Shown: positions 42,830-56,810 of the stretch, in pieces
How the letters are laid out: each line of letters opens with the position of its first letter
How positions within the stretch are numbered: position 1 is the first letter of the stretch
NCBI GenBank assembly: GCA_964016885.1
Contig: OZ024741.1
Location: forward strand, 338,706,001-338,770,000
DNA length: 64,000 nt
Origin: Eledone cirrhosa
Lineage: Eukaryota
Direction of reading: 5' to 3'
Notes under the pieces: model-generated
What the model was told of the DNA's origin: nothing
The model's input: only the letters and a program-made list of their open reading frames with translations
Database searches by the model: none
Made by a program: the position numbers and the translations under genes

Positions 42830-45540
42830 TAAAACTGGAGATAGGTAGATGGTTATAAATACTGAATCCTTCCTCAAAGAAGAATGTACTACACAACATA
42901 AATTAGTAAGTAGTGACATTAGAATAAGTACAAGACAACTAGAAATGCAGGAAAATCTGGAGGAGAATCTTGAAGCTAAAGGACCATTCTATTAAATATA
43001 GGCCCACATGTTGCATTTGACAAAAGAGAAGAGGAGTTAGATACATATGGCATAGAAGACATTTGAAGGTGTCTACAAAACAACCTATTGCAGGCTACTG
43101 ATGAGACTTGTGACTGGTGTTTTGCTTCAGCCAGAGAGTAATTTGGTGGTGGAACAGCATGAATGTGGAGTATGAGTGGGGAAAAAGGGAGACTACCTTC
43201 AGCTGACTTAACAGAGCAACCAGCTTTTAAAATTAGGAGTTATATATAGGGTCAAAGAAGCAATCAAGGAAATGAAAACGATAAAGCCACTGGTCTGTCA
43301 GAGATAGTCACTGACATGCTGAAATCTTCTGGAGAAGTAGGAATCAAACAAGTCACCTGCATAATCAACCTGGTAGCACAGCAGTATAATCATTAATTGT
43401 TACAAGAAAAAAAGTAAGGCACTAGAAAGGAGCAACTACAGAGGCATAAAACTGATGAGTCAAGTTATGAAAGTGATGAAAGAATTTTAGCAGAGTTAAT
43501 TAAGAAAAAAATTCAAATTAAATGAGATGCAGTTTGGTTTTGTGCCAGGGGGGAGCACTACAGATGCCCTCTTCTTAGACAACTACAAGGGGGGTTCCTA
43601 GCTAAGAGTAAGCTTTCATTGATTTGGAAAAGGCCTTTGACAGAATACCATGATCTGTTACCTGGTGATCCTTAAGAAAATTAGGGGTAGAAGAATGGCT
43701 TGTACAGAAGAGCTGTCAGTAAGGTGAGAGTGGGTAATGAGTTTAGTGAACAATTCAGTGTGCAGGTAGGTGTTCATCAGAGCTCAGTCCTCAGCCTACT
43801 CGTGTTTATTATAGTTCTCTAGGCCATAACAGAGGAGTTTAAGACTGGCTGTTCATGGGAACTTTATACTGACAACTTGGTTTTTATAGCCAGATCTGTG
43901 TAAGAGTGGGAGAAGAAATTCCGATTTTGTGAACGTGACCTGGGCATTACGGTCAGCAGCGATTTGCGTTGGATGAAGCACGTCTCTAAAATTGTCAAGA
44001 GGGCCAAGGGTGTCTTAGCATCACTCAGCAAGACCTTTGTCAGCCGTTCCCCAGCTATCTATTTAAGGCTGTAAATGGCTATAGTGTGGCCACACTTAGA
44101 ATTTGCATCACCAGTCTGGAACCCCTATCTTGCTCAGAACATTGACCGCCTGGAAACTGTTCAGAGACGTGCAACCAAGCGAATACCCTCCATCAGGCAT
44201 CTACCATACTCTGAATGCCTTGCTTCCCTGGGCATGGATACATTGAAGCTCCGACGCCTGGCAACTGACTTGCTAAACACCCACAAAATTATTAACCATC
44301 TTGCCAACAACCCTGAGTACCTTTTTGATTTCCATGTGTCTAACACACATGGACATGCCCACAAAGTCAGAAAACAGCACAGTTCCCATGACTTTCGGAA
44401 ACATTTTTTCACGCTCAGAGTTGCTGAAGCATGGAACAAACTACCTGCATCTGTTGTTGGCTGTCGAGACACTGCATCCTTTAAGGCCTCCATGCTTCCC
44501 GAGATTCGCCAACACTACACCTAATGTCCCCCCTCCCTCCATACACATACACATACACACATGTATATCATGACTCGTACACTATTCACTTCCCTGACAT
44601 TTTTATATTATTCTATGTACTATACATGCACCTTTGATGAGTTGTAGTGCACCTGAGCACTTTACACAATAATTTCATTATTATTATTATTAGAACTTAG
44701 AATCAAAAGGGCTTAGAATAAACTTAGGATTCATTAAGTAGGACCTTAATCTCACCAGGAAAGTGGCCTAGCTCAATATGTAGAAAATAAGTAGGTAGAA
44801 ACTGTATATGATGTAAACAATGTAAATCTTGGATTCACAAGAGATGTAGGGGAATAGCTAGCAGACTAACAGAAAAGGTAGACTTTGTATGTGGCATATC
44901 TATAGAAATAGTTGGCAGTATGAACATCACTAACATAAACCTTTTCCAATCCCAGGAAGGATCCTTAGAAGTGGTGGATAAGTTCTGCTACCTTGGTGAT
45001 ATAATTAGTATGGAAGATACTCTGACAGCATAGCAGCTAGAATAAGGACAAGATGGAAAAAGTTAAGAGGTCTACTACTGTTGACAACAACAAGTTCTCT
45101 CTAGGAACGAAAGGCCAGCTGTATGATGCCTCTATACAATGTGATATTGCACGGGAGTAAGAGATGGACAGTAAATACAGAGGATATGTAAAGGCTGGAG
45201 AGAAATGAAGTGAACATGCTCCAATGGATGTGCAATGTTAATATGTGTGAATGACAAAGCATGGATCAACTGAGAGAGGCTGGATATAAGAGGAATTAGA
45301 TGTAGTGTGCAAAAGAGAAGACTGCACTGATATAGACATGTGATGTGTATGGTTGATGATGGTTGGGTGAAGAAGTGTCAAGAAATCTCAGTGAAAGGAA
45401 CCTGCAGTAGAGGATGACCTGGGTAGTGGTGGTGAGAACTGATCTCAAATCATAGAGGAGATGATCAAGGACTGCAATGAATGAAGGGATGCTGTCCCAC
45501 ACATGCAAATATTAAAAAAGCAGAGATAAAATGATGATGT
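42830..45540 (+). mobile_element. Decayed RTE-clade LINE interrupted by a nested CR1-group fragment
   Basis: Remnants of KA.G.S.I..DMLK, NYRGIKLMS, MQFGFVPG, DLEKAFDR, VGVHQ.SVLS, KFCYLGD; 3' tail ending atgatgatg; many stops. Confidence 0.8.
43923..44691 (+). mobile_element. CR1/L2-group LINE 3' fragment nested in the RTE
   Basis: ERDLGITVS, PHLEFASPVWNPY, LETVQRRATK, FFTLRVAEAWNKLP; ends in (TTA)n. Confidence 0.85.
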
Positions 45541-46399
45541 TATTACACACTGCAATGCGTAGCACTAAGCAAGCTCAAAGAGAGCCATTATGTCCTTTCT
45601 TGATCAACTAGAAATAGAAGCCTAATTCCTTCAAATCACAGTTCTACCATCTTAAAAAAGAAGGGACGAATTACATAATGTAGTCATAGATTAAAAAGAC
45701 AGAATGAACATAGTTGAAATGCATTTGATCATGGTTAGTCTGTGGCTAAAACAACACTGCACCCACCAAAATTTCCCAAAGATATTTAACCTCCCAATAT
45801 TTCATGTAACTGCTGAGTACTGTTGCTTAAGACATAAGCCAAGTATGAAATATGGTTTCAATTTCCAGTTTTGGGAGAAAAGCATGAACATCACAAACTC
45901 ACTTTCCTTTCTGTTATAACTTTAGGACTGTGCCTGCCTAGTCAAAAAAAAAAAAAAAAAGTTAATACTCCATGTATGACTCCACAAAACTGATTTCATC
46001 GATGTCCCTTCATCTATCTTGCATAATGTGCAAGAGAAACACAGCTTCTCTACATCTCTATTACAACGCTCATCCTCTCTGATTTGCTGTTACGCTTCTC
46101 AGCCTCTACATCTCTATTACACCTCTCACCCTCTACATCTCTATTACACCTCTCACCCTCTCTACATCTTTCTTACAACTCTCACCCTCTACATCTATTA
46201 CAATTCTCTACATATATTTCGTAGACTGGTACGGTGGTAAAATGCCTTCATCATTTTGTATACAAACGTCAAAATAAAATATATTTAATATAAAGTAGAT
46301 TTGAACTGTTAATGTTCACAAAATTCTTTAACTTTGCTTTTCTTTAAAAGAATTACCCACATGTATTCACAGCCACATGCATGCACACACACACACCGG

Positions 46400-46580
46400 T
46401 GGATTGGCAGTATTGGTAGAGGGTCGGACGCCATGCTTTCCAGCATAGTTATGCCCCTTTACGATCTGAGTTCAAATCCCGCCGAGGTTGAATTTGCCTT
46501 TCATTCTTATGGGGTCGATAAAATAAAGTACCAGTAATGCACTGGATAATTGCTGGCCTTGTGCCTAAAGTAGAAACAAT
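46400..46580 (+). mobile_element. tRNA-derived SINE
   Basis: A-box, B-box gagttcaaatcc, core ggggtcgataaaataaagtaccagt. Confidence 0.85.
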
Positions 46581-47009
46581 TATTATCATCTTAATTTTCC
46601 TGGTGCTATGCTGTGCTGGTAAGATCGGCCAAGAGCTATTTTCTCCCTCACTACGCTCCCCTTCCTAACACTAGTGAGTGCCATCCTCCTCCACTCTACG
46701 CTATTGACCACACAATCCATGCCCCATCCACCACTTCTCCCCTTAGGTGTTCTCACTGTTACATCCCCTCCCCCTATGTTATTAAAAGTCAACCCTTTCC
46801 CGTCCCCAATCCCCTTGTCAAATTACACCACACTAGCCATAACTTAATACTTATCTCCCTTTTATTGCTCCCACAGAGGAGAGAGATCTTCTGTTGGGAC
46901 AAGGACCAACATCCTCTCTAACGTTGGTGCCATTAAAAGGCACCTAGTACACTCTGTAAGGTGGTTGACAACAGGAAGGATACTTTGCTGTAGGAACTAT
47001 GCCTAAAAA

Positions 47010-47320
47010 TGGGTTGAGAGGACCCTTCAGGTGTGTCAAGGAGACAACAACCTCTCTGCGTTGGTAATCTACATGATAAATGCACCCAGTACATGCTGTA
47101 AATTGGTTGGTGATAGGAAGGGCATCTAGCTACAGAAAGCTGCTAAACAAATAGTTGAGAGGACCTTCAGTTGTGTCAAGGACACGACAACCTCTCTGCG
47201 TTGGTAATCTACATGATAAATGCACCCAGTACATGCTGTAAATTGGTTGGTGATAGGAAGGGCATCTAGTTGCAGAAAGCTGCTAAAGAAATAGTTGAGA
47301 GGACCTCCAGTTGTGTCAAA
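47010..47320. repeat. ~126 bp tandem duplication within an RTE-tail-type repeat
   Basis: acaacctctctgcgttggtaatctacatgataaatgcacccagtac... occurs twice. Confidence 0.8.
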
Positions 47321-47879
47321 ACCATGACGTGCATTCAGTAGAACATGAGATCACATTTTAGTGAGATGCAGATGCCCTGTCTTTTCTGGGAGGTCAGTAG
47401 TCCCGCTTCAGTACTGACTTGGTCTATGTAGTCTTGTTCAACTTTTGCTAGCAGAGAAAGTGGACATTAAACTATGATATGTGTGTGTAATCAATTTTTA
47501 AAGATCAATTTAATGTAGGCAGAACTACAGTTTATAAGTGTTGTTGTGGACATTTTAACAAATGTGAAAAAAACAAAAACATAAGAGATTGTTTATACAT
47601 GTTTTACAGCTAATCATTGGTTTATCAGTAGACAAATCCCTTATCTTTCTGCCTACAAAGAGAGATATAATCAAATGCTATCTCCATTAAACTCAAATTA
47701 AGACTTAACTAATATGCATAATCCACATTTTCCTCATCGTAATGAATTATATAATGAATATTATTGTACAACTGCACATATATTATAAATTAAAATAGTA
47801 ATTCACTTCAACCTTTACATACCTGGCCAAAACCAGTTCTAGTTCTATGAGTCAATGAAACAGCAATGGCAAACTGATC

Positions 47880-49170
47880 TTTACTGTTAAATAGAAGGAA
47901 TCACAGAAGTGTTACTATGAGAGGTTGTTGATTGAGGAGATTGCATGGGAGAGTGGGGACTACCCCAAGTAGACCCAGCAGAGGTTCCAGCCACTAAAGT
48001 TGACAGCAGTATGGTAGATAAGGTGATTAAGGTAGAAATGAAGATAGGGAAGGCAGCTGGACCTTTGGGGATTGTTGTAGAGATGGTTAAACTGTGTGGT
48101 GGAGCAGGACATAGACAAGTGCCTTGTAATGTAAACCAGGTAGCACAGGAAAGTGTCATGCCCAATAATTGGTGTAACGGCATCATTGTCACTGTCTAGG
48201 AGGTGCTCTAGAAAGCAGCCATCTCAGGTACCAAATTGTTAGATCAAGTCTTGAAGGTTACAGAAAGAGTGATAGCAAAGTTGATTAGGGAGAGAATTAA
48301 TCTTGAGATACAGTTTGGCTTTATGCCAGGAAGAAGCACTACTGATGTCATCTTCATAGCGAGACAACTACAAGATAAGTATTTAGCTAAAAATAAGTCT
48401 CTATACTTAGCATTTGTTAACCAGGAAACGAACTTTCATAGAATCCTACACACTATAATCTGGTGGACACCCAGGAAGCTAGGGATAAATGAATGGTTTG
48501 GGTGCTGTACAAGAAGTGTATATGTAGAGGGTTAACAATGAGTACAGTGAAGAATTTAGCATGTGGATAGACATGCACCAAGAATCACTTCTCAAACCCT
48601 GTTTATTATAGTTCTCCAGGCCATAAAAGAGAAATTCAATTTGAGATGTTGATGGGAACTTCTACATTCTGATGATCTAGTTCTCATAGCAGAAACAAAA
48701 TTAAGTCAAAAAGAGGATAGGACCATCCAGTAATTGGCTATGCTCAATATACTGAGAAAGAGTTGGTAGAAACTCCATATGGAAACTTCAGTAGAAGTAG
48801 TAGTTAACTTTGCTATATAGGAGACATCATTAGCAGTAGAGGTGGACATACCGAAAGTGTTGTGGTCAGAGTGAGAACAGGGTGGAAAAAATCGAAGGAG
48901 CTGAGCTGTTACCTCTGCTAGCAACACAAGCCATATATAATCTATCCGTTCAAAGAAAAGGGTAGATTATATGATGCTTGTCTTGAAGAAGGATGAAAGG
49001 GATTGTGTGAAAAGAGTGATAGAAGAAGGGGAAGACTAAGAAAGACATGACTGGAGATGATGGCAGAGGAATGAAAGCCAGGGGCTAGTGATGAGGATGC
49101 ACATGATAAGACAACATGGAGAGCAAACTCAGAAAACAGACAAGAAAATGGAAGTAGATTAAAAAGATGG
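47880..49170 (+). mobile_element. Second decayed RTE-clade LINE
   Basis: MKIGKAAGPLGIVVEMVK, LDQVLKVTERVI, QFGFMPGRSTTDVIF, ELLHSDDL. Confidence 0.8.
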
Positions 49171-50230
49171 TATTAATGGAAAAAAATTAATTATAAAAAA
49201 AAAAAGAATAACAAAATTAAAAGAAATACAAAATTTATAGAAAGAATATCCTTCAATTCTTAATATCCTGTAATAATTTATCAGAAAATATCTAAAAACA
49301 GATTTATTAATTCAAATGTTTATAGTGTCTTTACTGATTGACAAATTGTGAAAATTTGTAGTATTACCTCTTAAAATCCTCTAATGATTTATCAAAAAAT
49401 ATCTAAAAACAGGTTTGTTAATTCAAATGTTTATAATACCTGCTGTAAAAATTTGTAATATTATCTTTCAACATCCTGTAATGATTTATCAGAAAATATC
49501 TAAAAACAGGTTTACTAATTCAGATGTTTTATAGTATATTTACTACTGGACAGACTGTTGTGAAAGTCTGTAGTATTAAACTAAAGTAATGACTTGAATT
49601 TTTAATGTGATGTAGTCATAGTGCTGTCTTGTATTTGTCAAGAATATTTTCCTAATGTGGGTTCATGTGGTACAGGATGTTGAGAAGATATTTGCAAAAT
49701 ATTTACTGCTTTAAAATGTTATAGCACTTGGTTTGTATTTGAGCATTCCAATAAGCTGGAATGCTGAAACAAATGCTAGGAGCTATGTAGAAGGCAGACA
49801 CATGCACAGACAACAGAAGACAGATGACATGAGACAGGGGACAGTAGCATTTTGGCTCATCTACAGGACATATTTAATCACTGAGAGGGTACAACATCTC
49901 AACAAATGGTTGGTGCTATGATATTATTATGTCTACACAAGAAAGACCCCCCCCCCCCCCCCCAAAAAAAAAAAGAAACAGAAACACCCAAGGCTGGACA
50001 TCGAGATATTCCATATAAAGAATATATGGAATGTCTGAATGTCCAGCCTTGTTTTTTTTGTTTTTTTTTCATCACAGAAGTTACTGTATGGGACATTTAG
50101 ACCTTTCTGTGATAATTCATCACACACAGACACACATGCATGTGTATATATACACATATGTTATTGCACATGAGATATCTAGACCTTTCTGTGTGACAAT
50201 TCATCTTATTTACACACACAGGCACACACA

Positions 50231-50269
<39 letters not shown>

Positions 50270-50539
50270 GTTACTGCATCAGATATCTAGACCTTTCTGT
50301 GACAATTCATCTTATTTACACACACATACACACATATGTTACTACATGGGACATCTAGACCTTTCTGTGACAATTCATCTTATATATACACACACATACA
50401 CATGTGTGTATATATACACACATACATATGTGTATATATGTGTGTGTGTGCATATAAAATCGATGGTATCCAATCAGTATGTGTGATCCTTTAGTCGCGA
50501 GCTGTAATCCTTATGTCATGAATATAGATTGAGACAATC

Positions 50540-51203
50540 AAGTTGGCTGCTGCTACTACTACTGTTGGTGTTACTGTTACAGCTGCTGTTGTTGTTGCTG
50601 TTGTTGTTACTGCTGCTGTGTAGCTGTTGTTTTTGCTGTTGTTGTTACTGCTGTTGCTGTTGTTTTTGCTGCTGTTATTGTTGTTGTTGCTGTTGTTGTT
50701 TTCGTCATTGTTGTTGTTGCTGTTGTTGTTGATGGTGTTGCTGGTGCTGCTGCTGTTGTTGCTGTTGTTGTTTTCGTCATTGTTGTTGTTGATGGTGTTG
50801 CTGGTGCTGCTGCTGTTGTTGCTGTTATTGTAGTTGTTGCTGTTATTGTTGTCATTGCTGTTATTGTTGCTGTTGCTGTTTCTGTTACAACTTCTGCTGT
50901 TACTGTTGCTGCTGTTGTTGCTGTTGCTGCTGTTATTGTTGCTGTTGCTGTTGTTGTTACAACTGCTGCTTTTGCTGTTGCTGTTGCTGTTGTTGTTGCT
51001 GCTGTTATTGTTGCTGCTGTTATTGTTGTTGCTGTTGCTGCAGTTCTTGCTGTTGTTGATGTTGTTATTGTTGTTGTTGCTGTTGTTGTTGTTGTTGCTG
51101 CTGCTGCTGTTGTGTTGTTGCTGCTGCTGTTGTGTTGTTGTTGTTGTTGTGTTGTTGTTGCTGTTGTTGATGTTGTTGTTATTGTTGTTGTTGCTACTGT
51201 TGT

Positions 51204-51234
<31 letters not shown>

Positions 51235-51424
51235 CTGTTGTTGTTGTTGTTGTTGATGCTGCTGCTGCTGCTGCTGCTGTTGTTGCTGATATTGTTTTTG
51301 TTGTTGTTGTTGTTGTTGTTGTTGCTGTTGTTGCTGTTTTGTGTTGTTGCTGCTGTATTGTTGCAGCTGTTATTGTTGTTGCTGTTGCTGCAGTTCTTGC
51401 TGTTGTTGATGTTATTGTTGTTTA

Positions 51425-51461
<37 letters not shown>

Positions 51462-51465
51462 GATA

Positions 51466-51500
<35 letters not shown>

Positions 51501-51505
51501 ACTGT
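50540..51505. repeat. (TTG/CTG)n trinucleotide array
   Basis: Seen directly. Confidence 0.95.
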
Positions 51506-51564
51506 TCCCGAGACTATTTCATTCCACTTGATAAGACAATTCTAGAAAACAGCAGACTATCTTT

Positions 51565-52060
51565 CTGTGTATGTATATGCGTGTGTATGTGTGTATATGT
51601 CTGTGTATGTATGTATATGTGAGTGTATGTGTGTGTATGTGAGTGTATGTGTGTATATGTGAGTGTATGTGTGTGTATGTGAGTGTATGTGCGTATATGT
51701 CTGTGTATGTGTGTATATGTGAGTGTATATGTGTGTATGTGAGTGTATGTGTGTATATGTGAGTGTATGTGTGTGTATGTGAGTGTATGTGTGTATATGT
51801 CTGTGTATGTATGTATATGTGAGTGTATGTGTGTGTATGTGAGTATATGTGTGTATATGTGAGTGTATGTGTGTGTATGTGAGTGTATGTGTGTATATGT
51901 GTGTATATGTGAGTGTATGTGTGTATATGTGAGTGTATGTGTGTGTATGTGAGTGTATGTGTGTATATGTGAGTGTATGTGTGCATGTATATGTATATTA
52001 TATGTATGTCTATGTTTGTGTATGTATATGTATATTGTATATATGTGTGTGGGTATGTGT
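51565..52060. repeat. 20-bp TG-rich minisatellite
   Basis: gagtgtatgtgtgtatatgt repeats. Confidence 0.9.
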
Positions 52061-52667
52061 ATGCGTGTGAAAGACAGCTGCCAGTAGTAAGGGTGGAAGC
52101 GGTGCACTTTGGTAGTGGCGATGGTGTTGGGAGTGATGATGGTGCTGTTGGTGATGGTGATGGTGGTGGTGTTGGTGATTATAATGGTGTTGGTGGTGGT
52201 GATATTGTTGCTGGTAGTGGTAGTGGTGGTGGTGGTGGTGGTGGTGGTGGTTTTTGTTATGGAGGTGATGATTGTGGTGGTGATGTTGATGCTGGTTATG
52301 ATGGTGGTTGTGTTGGTGGTATTTGTAATGGTGATGTTGGTAATGGTTGTAGTAGTTGTGGTGGTGGTGATGGTGATGGTGGTAATGGTGATGGTGGTAG
52401 TGGTTATGGTGTTAGTGGTGTTGATAGAGTGGTAGATTGGTAGGATTGTTAAAGAGTTCAAGAGGTTCTCTGCAGTGTCTAGTTTGGTTCTATAAGTTTA
52501 GAGTTCAAATCCCCGATCATCCTGTCAGTTGTACCCAATAGTTAGTATCAGCAATGGAAACATTGTTTCCTTGCTTCCATCTCAGGATTGCTTCTTTTAC
52601 TATTTCTATTTCAAATCAAAATATTTCCCATGCTCTATATTTCACTAAAGGATCAGTGCTGTCAATA

Positions 52668-53010
52668 ATGGTTTCTGGTTTAGGAACAAGGCCAACAGTT
52701 TTAGGAGAGAGGAAAGTCAATTAAAGCGACTTCAGTGCATTACTGGTACTTTATTTTATCGCCCCTGTAAGGATGAAAGGAGACATATTATTGACAATGG
52801 TTTCCAATTTAGGCACAAGACCAACAATTTTAGGAGAGAGGAAAGTTGATTAAATTGACTCCACGACATTACTGGTACTTTATTTTATCGCCCCTGTAAG
52901 GATGAAAGGCAAAGCTAACCTCAGCAGGATTTGAACTCAGAATGCAAAGGGATGTAACTAAATGCTGTAAAGCATGTTATCCAACACTCTACCAATTACT
53001 GTTAATATAC
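52668..53010 (-). mobile_element. tRNA-derived SINE with duplicated 3' part
   Basis: actggtactttattttatcgcccctgtaaggatgaaagg occurs twice; reverse B-box ggatttgaactc. Confidence 0.8.
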
Positions 53011-53464
53011 CGCCCTCACATAGTGCTGTCAATAATGATGGCAACAGCGTCAAACATAATTACTTTTTGGAGTCCATGATTGGTATGTTATATATACACA
53101 AATTACTGAGTATATGAACACTCATACAAACTGAGAAATTTGTATTTTGATCAATTAAAGTTTCACATAAGAGAAACCCTATAATTTATGTTGATAACTG
53201 AAATATGGAAGTGATTAAAGATAAAAATGATAATTACATAAATATTCATCATATATCTATAAATGATGTAGTAACTTTAGAGAAATAACTATTTACAGGG
53301 ACAAATGTATGGTTAGAACCCAGGACCTTTTAGCTGGAAAATGAACTTCTTATTGTTGCAACATGTCAATTTTAAAGAGTTACAGACAGATATATATGTA
53401 TACACATGCACATATATATATATGTACACACACTCACACAAACACAAACACACATATATACATA

Positions 53465-54348
53465 CAGGGTGCGGACGATATTTGTTTGCAAGATTACTGT
53501 CTAGGAAAAAATAACTCAGTAGTTTTATTTTTTAAGATATATTTATCAAACTTGGGTCAGTTTGTCTTCATGACTTGTTCTTTTGATCTGACTCGATAAA
53601 CCCGCCATTGGCTTTGATGACGGCCTCAAGGCGGCCTCGGAACCGGCTACAGGCCTTCATCACTGTCCCCCGACTTAGGCCCCTAAAGGCACTTGTAATC
53701 CTGGCCTTCAGATCGTCTTTCATATTGCAGCTAGATCTGTTGGTGTCTCGTTCCACTGCGCCCCACACAAAGAAGTCGAGGGGGTTGCAGTCAAGCGAGC
53801 TGAGATGCCAGATGTCAGGTGAAGTGTGGTCGACGAAGTTCTCTGACAGCCAGGCTTGGGTCTTTCGGCTGGTATGGCAGGCTGCTGAGTCTTGCTGCCA
53901 CACATACGGCCTACCTGCAGCTACCTGGTCGATCCAGGGCTTTACTACCTTGCTCAGAACGCGGATGTAGCCATCGGTGTTCAGCTTGAGGCCCTCAGGG
54001 AAGAAGTGAGGTGGCATGACGTCACCTTGACTGCTGTCGACACCTAAGACCAATGTTGTCACTGGAAACTTTGTCTGCATGACTCTGGGCACGTCTTTGG
54101 ATGAGACAGCGAGCCACCTGTTGTTCTGGGAGTTGATCTTCTGGTCCTTATTTGCCCTCCTGGCACAGATTCCAAGAAGAATTCTGTGTCTCTTCCACAA
54201 ATTTGGAGGTTCAAAATTATTCATAATCAATTATTCTGAAAATAAATAATGGAAATATAGCACTGTTTTTATGAGTGACAACGGAAGTAAAAAAAATTTG
54301 CATAAAATTAGCAGTTGAAAATTGCGAACAAATATCGTCCACACCCTG
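53465..54348 (-). mobile_element. Internally deleted Tc1/mariner transposon, DD37D (maT) family
   Basis: ~27-bp TIRs cagggtgcggacgatatttgtttgcaa / ttgcgaacaaatatcgtccacaccctg with TA on both sides. Transposase WQQDSA...DCNPLDFFVWG has 37 residues between the last two catalytic Asp. Confidence 0.9.
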
Positions 54349-54400
54349 TATATATATATATATATATACATACATACACACAAATTCAAAAGATATATTT

Positions 54401-54431
<31 letters not shown>

Positions 54432-55060
54432 TATGCCATTTGAGAAACAGTATTTTGTACACATATTTAATACAAATAATTTGAATTTAATTGTTGATGC
54501 TCTGAACTAAGGACATTGAGCTTATTTAAAGAGAAGCACAGCCATCATACATATTAAATATTATGATACCTTAACAATGTATATATATATATATAAACAA
54601 ACACACATGGCATATTATTATGGTTGTTGATTGTAATAACATGACTGAAATAGGAAATGCTTGGTGAGTGCATGTGTGTGTGTGTCCCCAACGGTGCCAG
54701 CACGGAAAGATGAGTTTACTCCACAATGTACTGCCAGATATCACTCTTAAGGCCACATTTCCCTCTCAATCCCTCATTTTGCAAGCAGTATGTAACCCCT
54801 TTGTCTTGCCCCTCCTTTAACAATACCCTTATCACTGCCTCCTCTGTCTGGTCAAGTGCACAATGAACACCTGAATGCTGGGTGCCACAATAAAATGCAC
54901 CCAGCCCACTCAGAGACTGTAAATGTTATATAAATTTACAGATTGAGTGTGTTGACATGTAAACGTGCCAAACATATGAATTTCCTTGTAAATTAAAAAA
55001 AATGATAAATACCTTTAACCGGTTTTCACACATAACTGGGCTTTCATGAATTGGCATATA

Positions 55061-55480
55061 CAGTAGAATCTCACAGTACAAGTGCCCCATTGTATGAGTA
55101 ATTTGCTGTACGAGTTGAGGCTTGTGCAAATGTTCATCTTGTAGTACAAGTGGAAATCTGCAGTACGAGCGAGTTTCATACAAGCAGCTGCTAGTCTGTG
55201 CTGAGCTCGCATACACTCTCCCAACAAGCTTGCTTAGTTCATGTGTTTCTCTCATTGTGGCAGCATCCCTATTGTGTTTTCCCAGTGGTTTTTTTTTTAG
55301 TTTTGTGCGTTCTTTGCTATCATTTTATAATAATTAGTGAAAAAACCCCCATGAAAAATGAATTTTGGGTGGTTTTGAGGGGCTGGAACAGATTATTTAT
55401 ATTTTAATTAATTTCAATGGGGAAAATTGATTTGTAAAACGAGTAAATTGTAAAACAAGCTTGGACGGGGAGTATCACTG
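55061..55480. mobile_element. Pogo/Tigger-like MITE
   Basis: ta|cagtagaatctc ... gagtatcactg|ta with internal gtacgag/aaacgag subterminal repeats. Confidence 0.5.
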
Positions 55481-55704
55481 TATATCATCTAAACAATCAC
55501 AAGGAAATATGTAATTGAGGGGCTTATGTACCTTATCACTTATAGGAGTATCCTGAAATGGATGTACTAATTTAACTATTATTAGCACTTACATTGGTTA
55601 CGTCAATAAAGTTATATACAGACATTACGTTATAACTTTATCACATACTTTAGTTGATAGTGCTCATCTTAATATATAACTCAATTATCAACCAGCAAGA
55701 GTAA

Positions 55705-56549
55705 TAATAACACCCAGTCCATCCTGTAAGGTGATAGTGCTGGTGCCATGACAAAAACCACTCAGTTCATTCTGTAAGGTGATAGTGGTAGTACCATGAC
55801 AAAAAAAACACACAAAAAAAACACCCAGTCCATCCTGTAAGATGATAGTGGTGGTACCAAAATAAAAAACAAAAAAACAAGTCCATTCTGAAAGGTGATA
55901 GTGCTGGTACCATGACAAAAACCACTCAGTCCATTCTGTAACGTGGTAGTACTGGTGCTATGATATAAAAACCTAGTCCATCCTGTAAGGTGATAATGCT
56001 GGTACCATGACAAAAACCATCCAGTCCATCTTGTAAAGTGGTAGTGCTGGTACCATGACAAAAGACATGCAGTCCATCCTGTAAAGTGGTAATACTGGTA
56101 CCATAACAAAAACACTCAGTCCATCCTGTAAGGTGGTAGTGTTGGTACCATGACAAAAACCACTAGTCCATCCTGTAAAGTGGTAGTGGTGGTACGATGA
56201 CAAAAATCACCCAGTCAATACTGTAAAGTATTGGTGCAATGACAAAAGACATCCTGTCCACCCTGTAACATCATAGTAATGGTAACATGACAAAAGACAC
56301 CTAATCCATCCTGTAAAGTGATATTAATAGTAACATGATTAAAGACAACCAGTCAATCCTGTAAGGTAGTAATGGGGGTACCATGAAAAATCACCCACTA
56401 TATACTGTAAGGTTGTTGGCATTAGGAAAGACATCAAGCCCAAAACAGAATATATGAGCAAAATGTGGTCACCTGATCTGTCTAGCCACATAGTGTAACA
56501 ACTTGTCTTACCCATTCCAGCATGAAAAATAGTTGTTAAACAGGGATGA

Positions 56550-56550
<1 letters not shown>
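55705..56550 (+). repeat. ~55 bp tandem array derived from an RTE-tail-type retroposon
   Basis: cccagtccatcctgtaaggtgatagtgctggtaccatgacaaaaa, about 13 copies, running into gttggcattaggaaagacatc...ccagcatgaaaaat..gttaaa...gatgatg. Confidence 0.75.
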
Positions 56551-56608
<58 letters not shown>

Positions 56609-56614
56609 ATAATA

Positions 56615-56810
56615 ATGATTTGTAGTATAGGCACAAGGCTAGTAATTTGGGGGGAGGGGAAAGTCGATTAAATTGACCCCAGTACATTACTGGTGCTTTA
56701 TTTTATCGACCCCGTAAGGATGAAAGAGAAATTTAAACTCAGACTATAAAGGGCTGTAACCCAATGCTACAAAGTATGGTGTCCAACGTTCTACAGATTC
56801 TGCCAATCCA
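56615..56810 (-). mobile_element. tRNA-derived SINE
   Basis: ggcacaaggc...gtcgatta..gaccccagtac...ttttatcgaccccgtaaggatgaaag...ctacagattctgccaatcc. Confidence 0.8.

Noticed and set aside
50529-52461. Poly-Leu/Cys/Thr/Val ORFs (also 5048-5278, 36649-37123, 42263-42715)
   Set aside because: Translations of trinucleotide microsatellites with no splice or domain support
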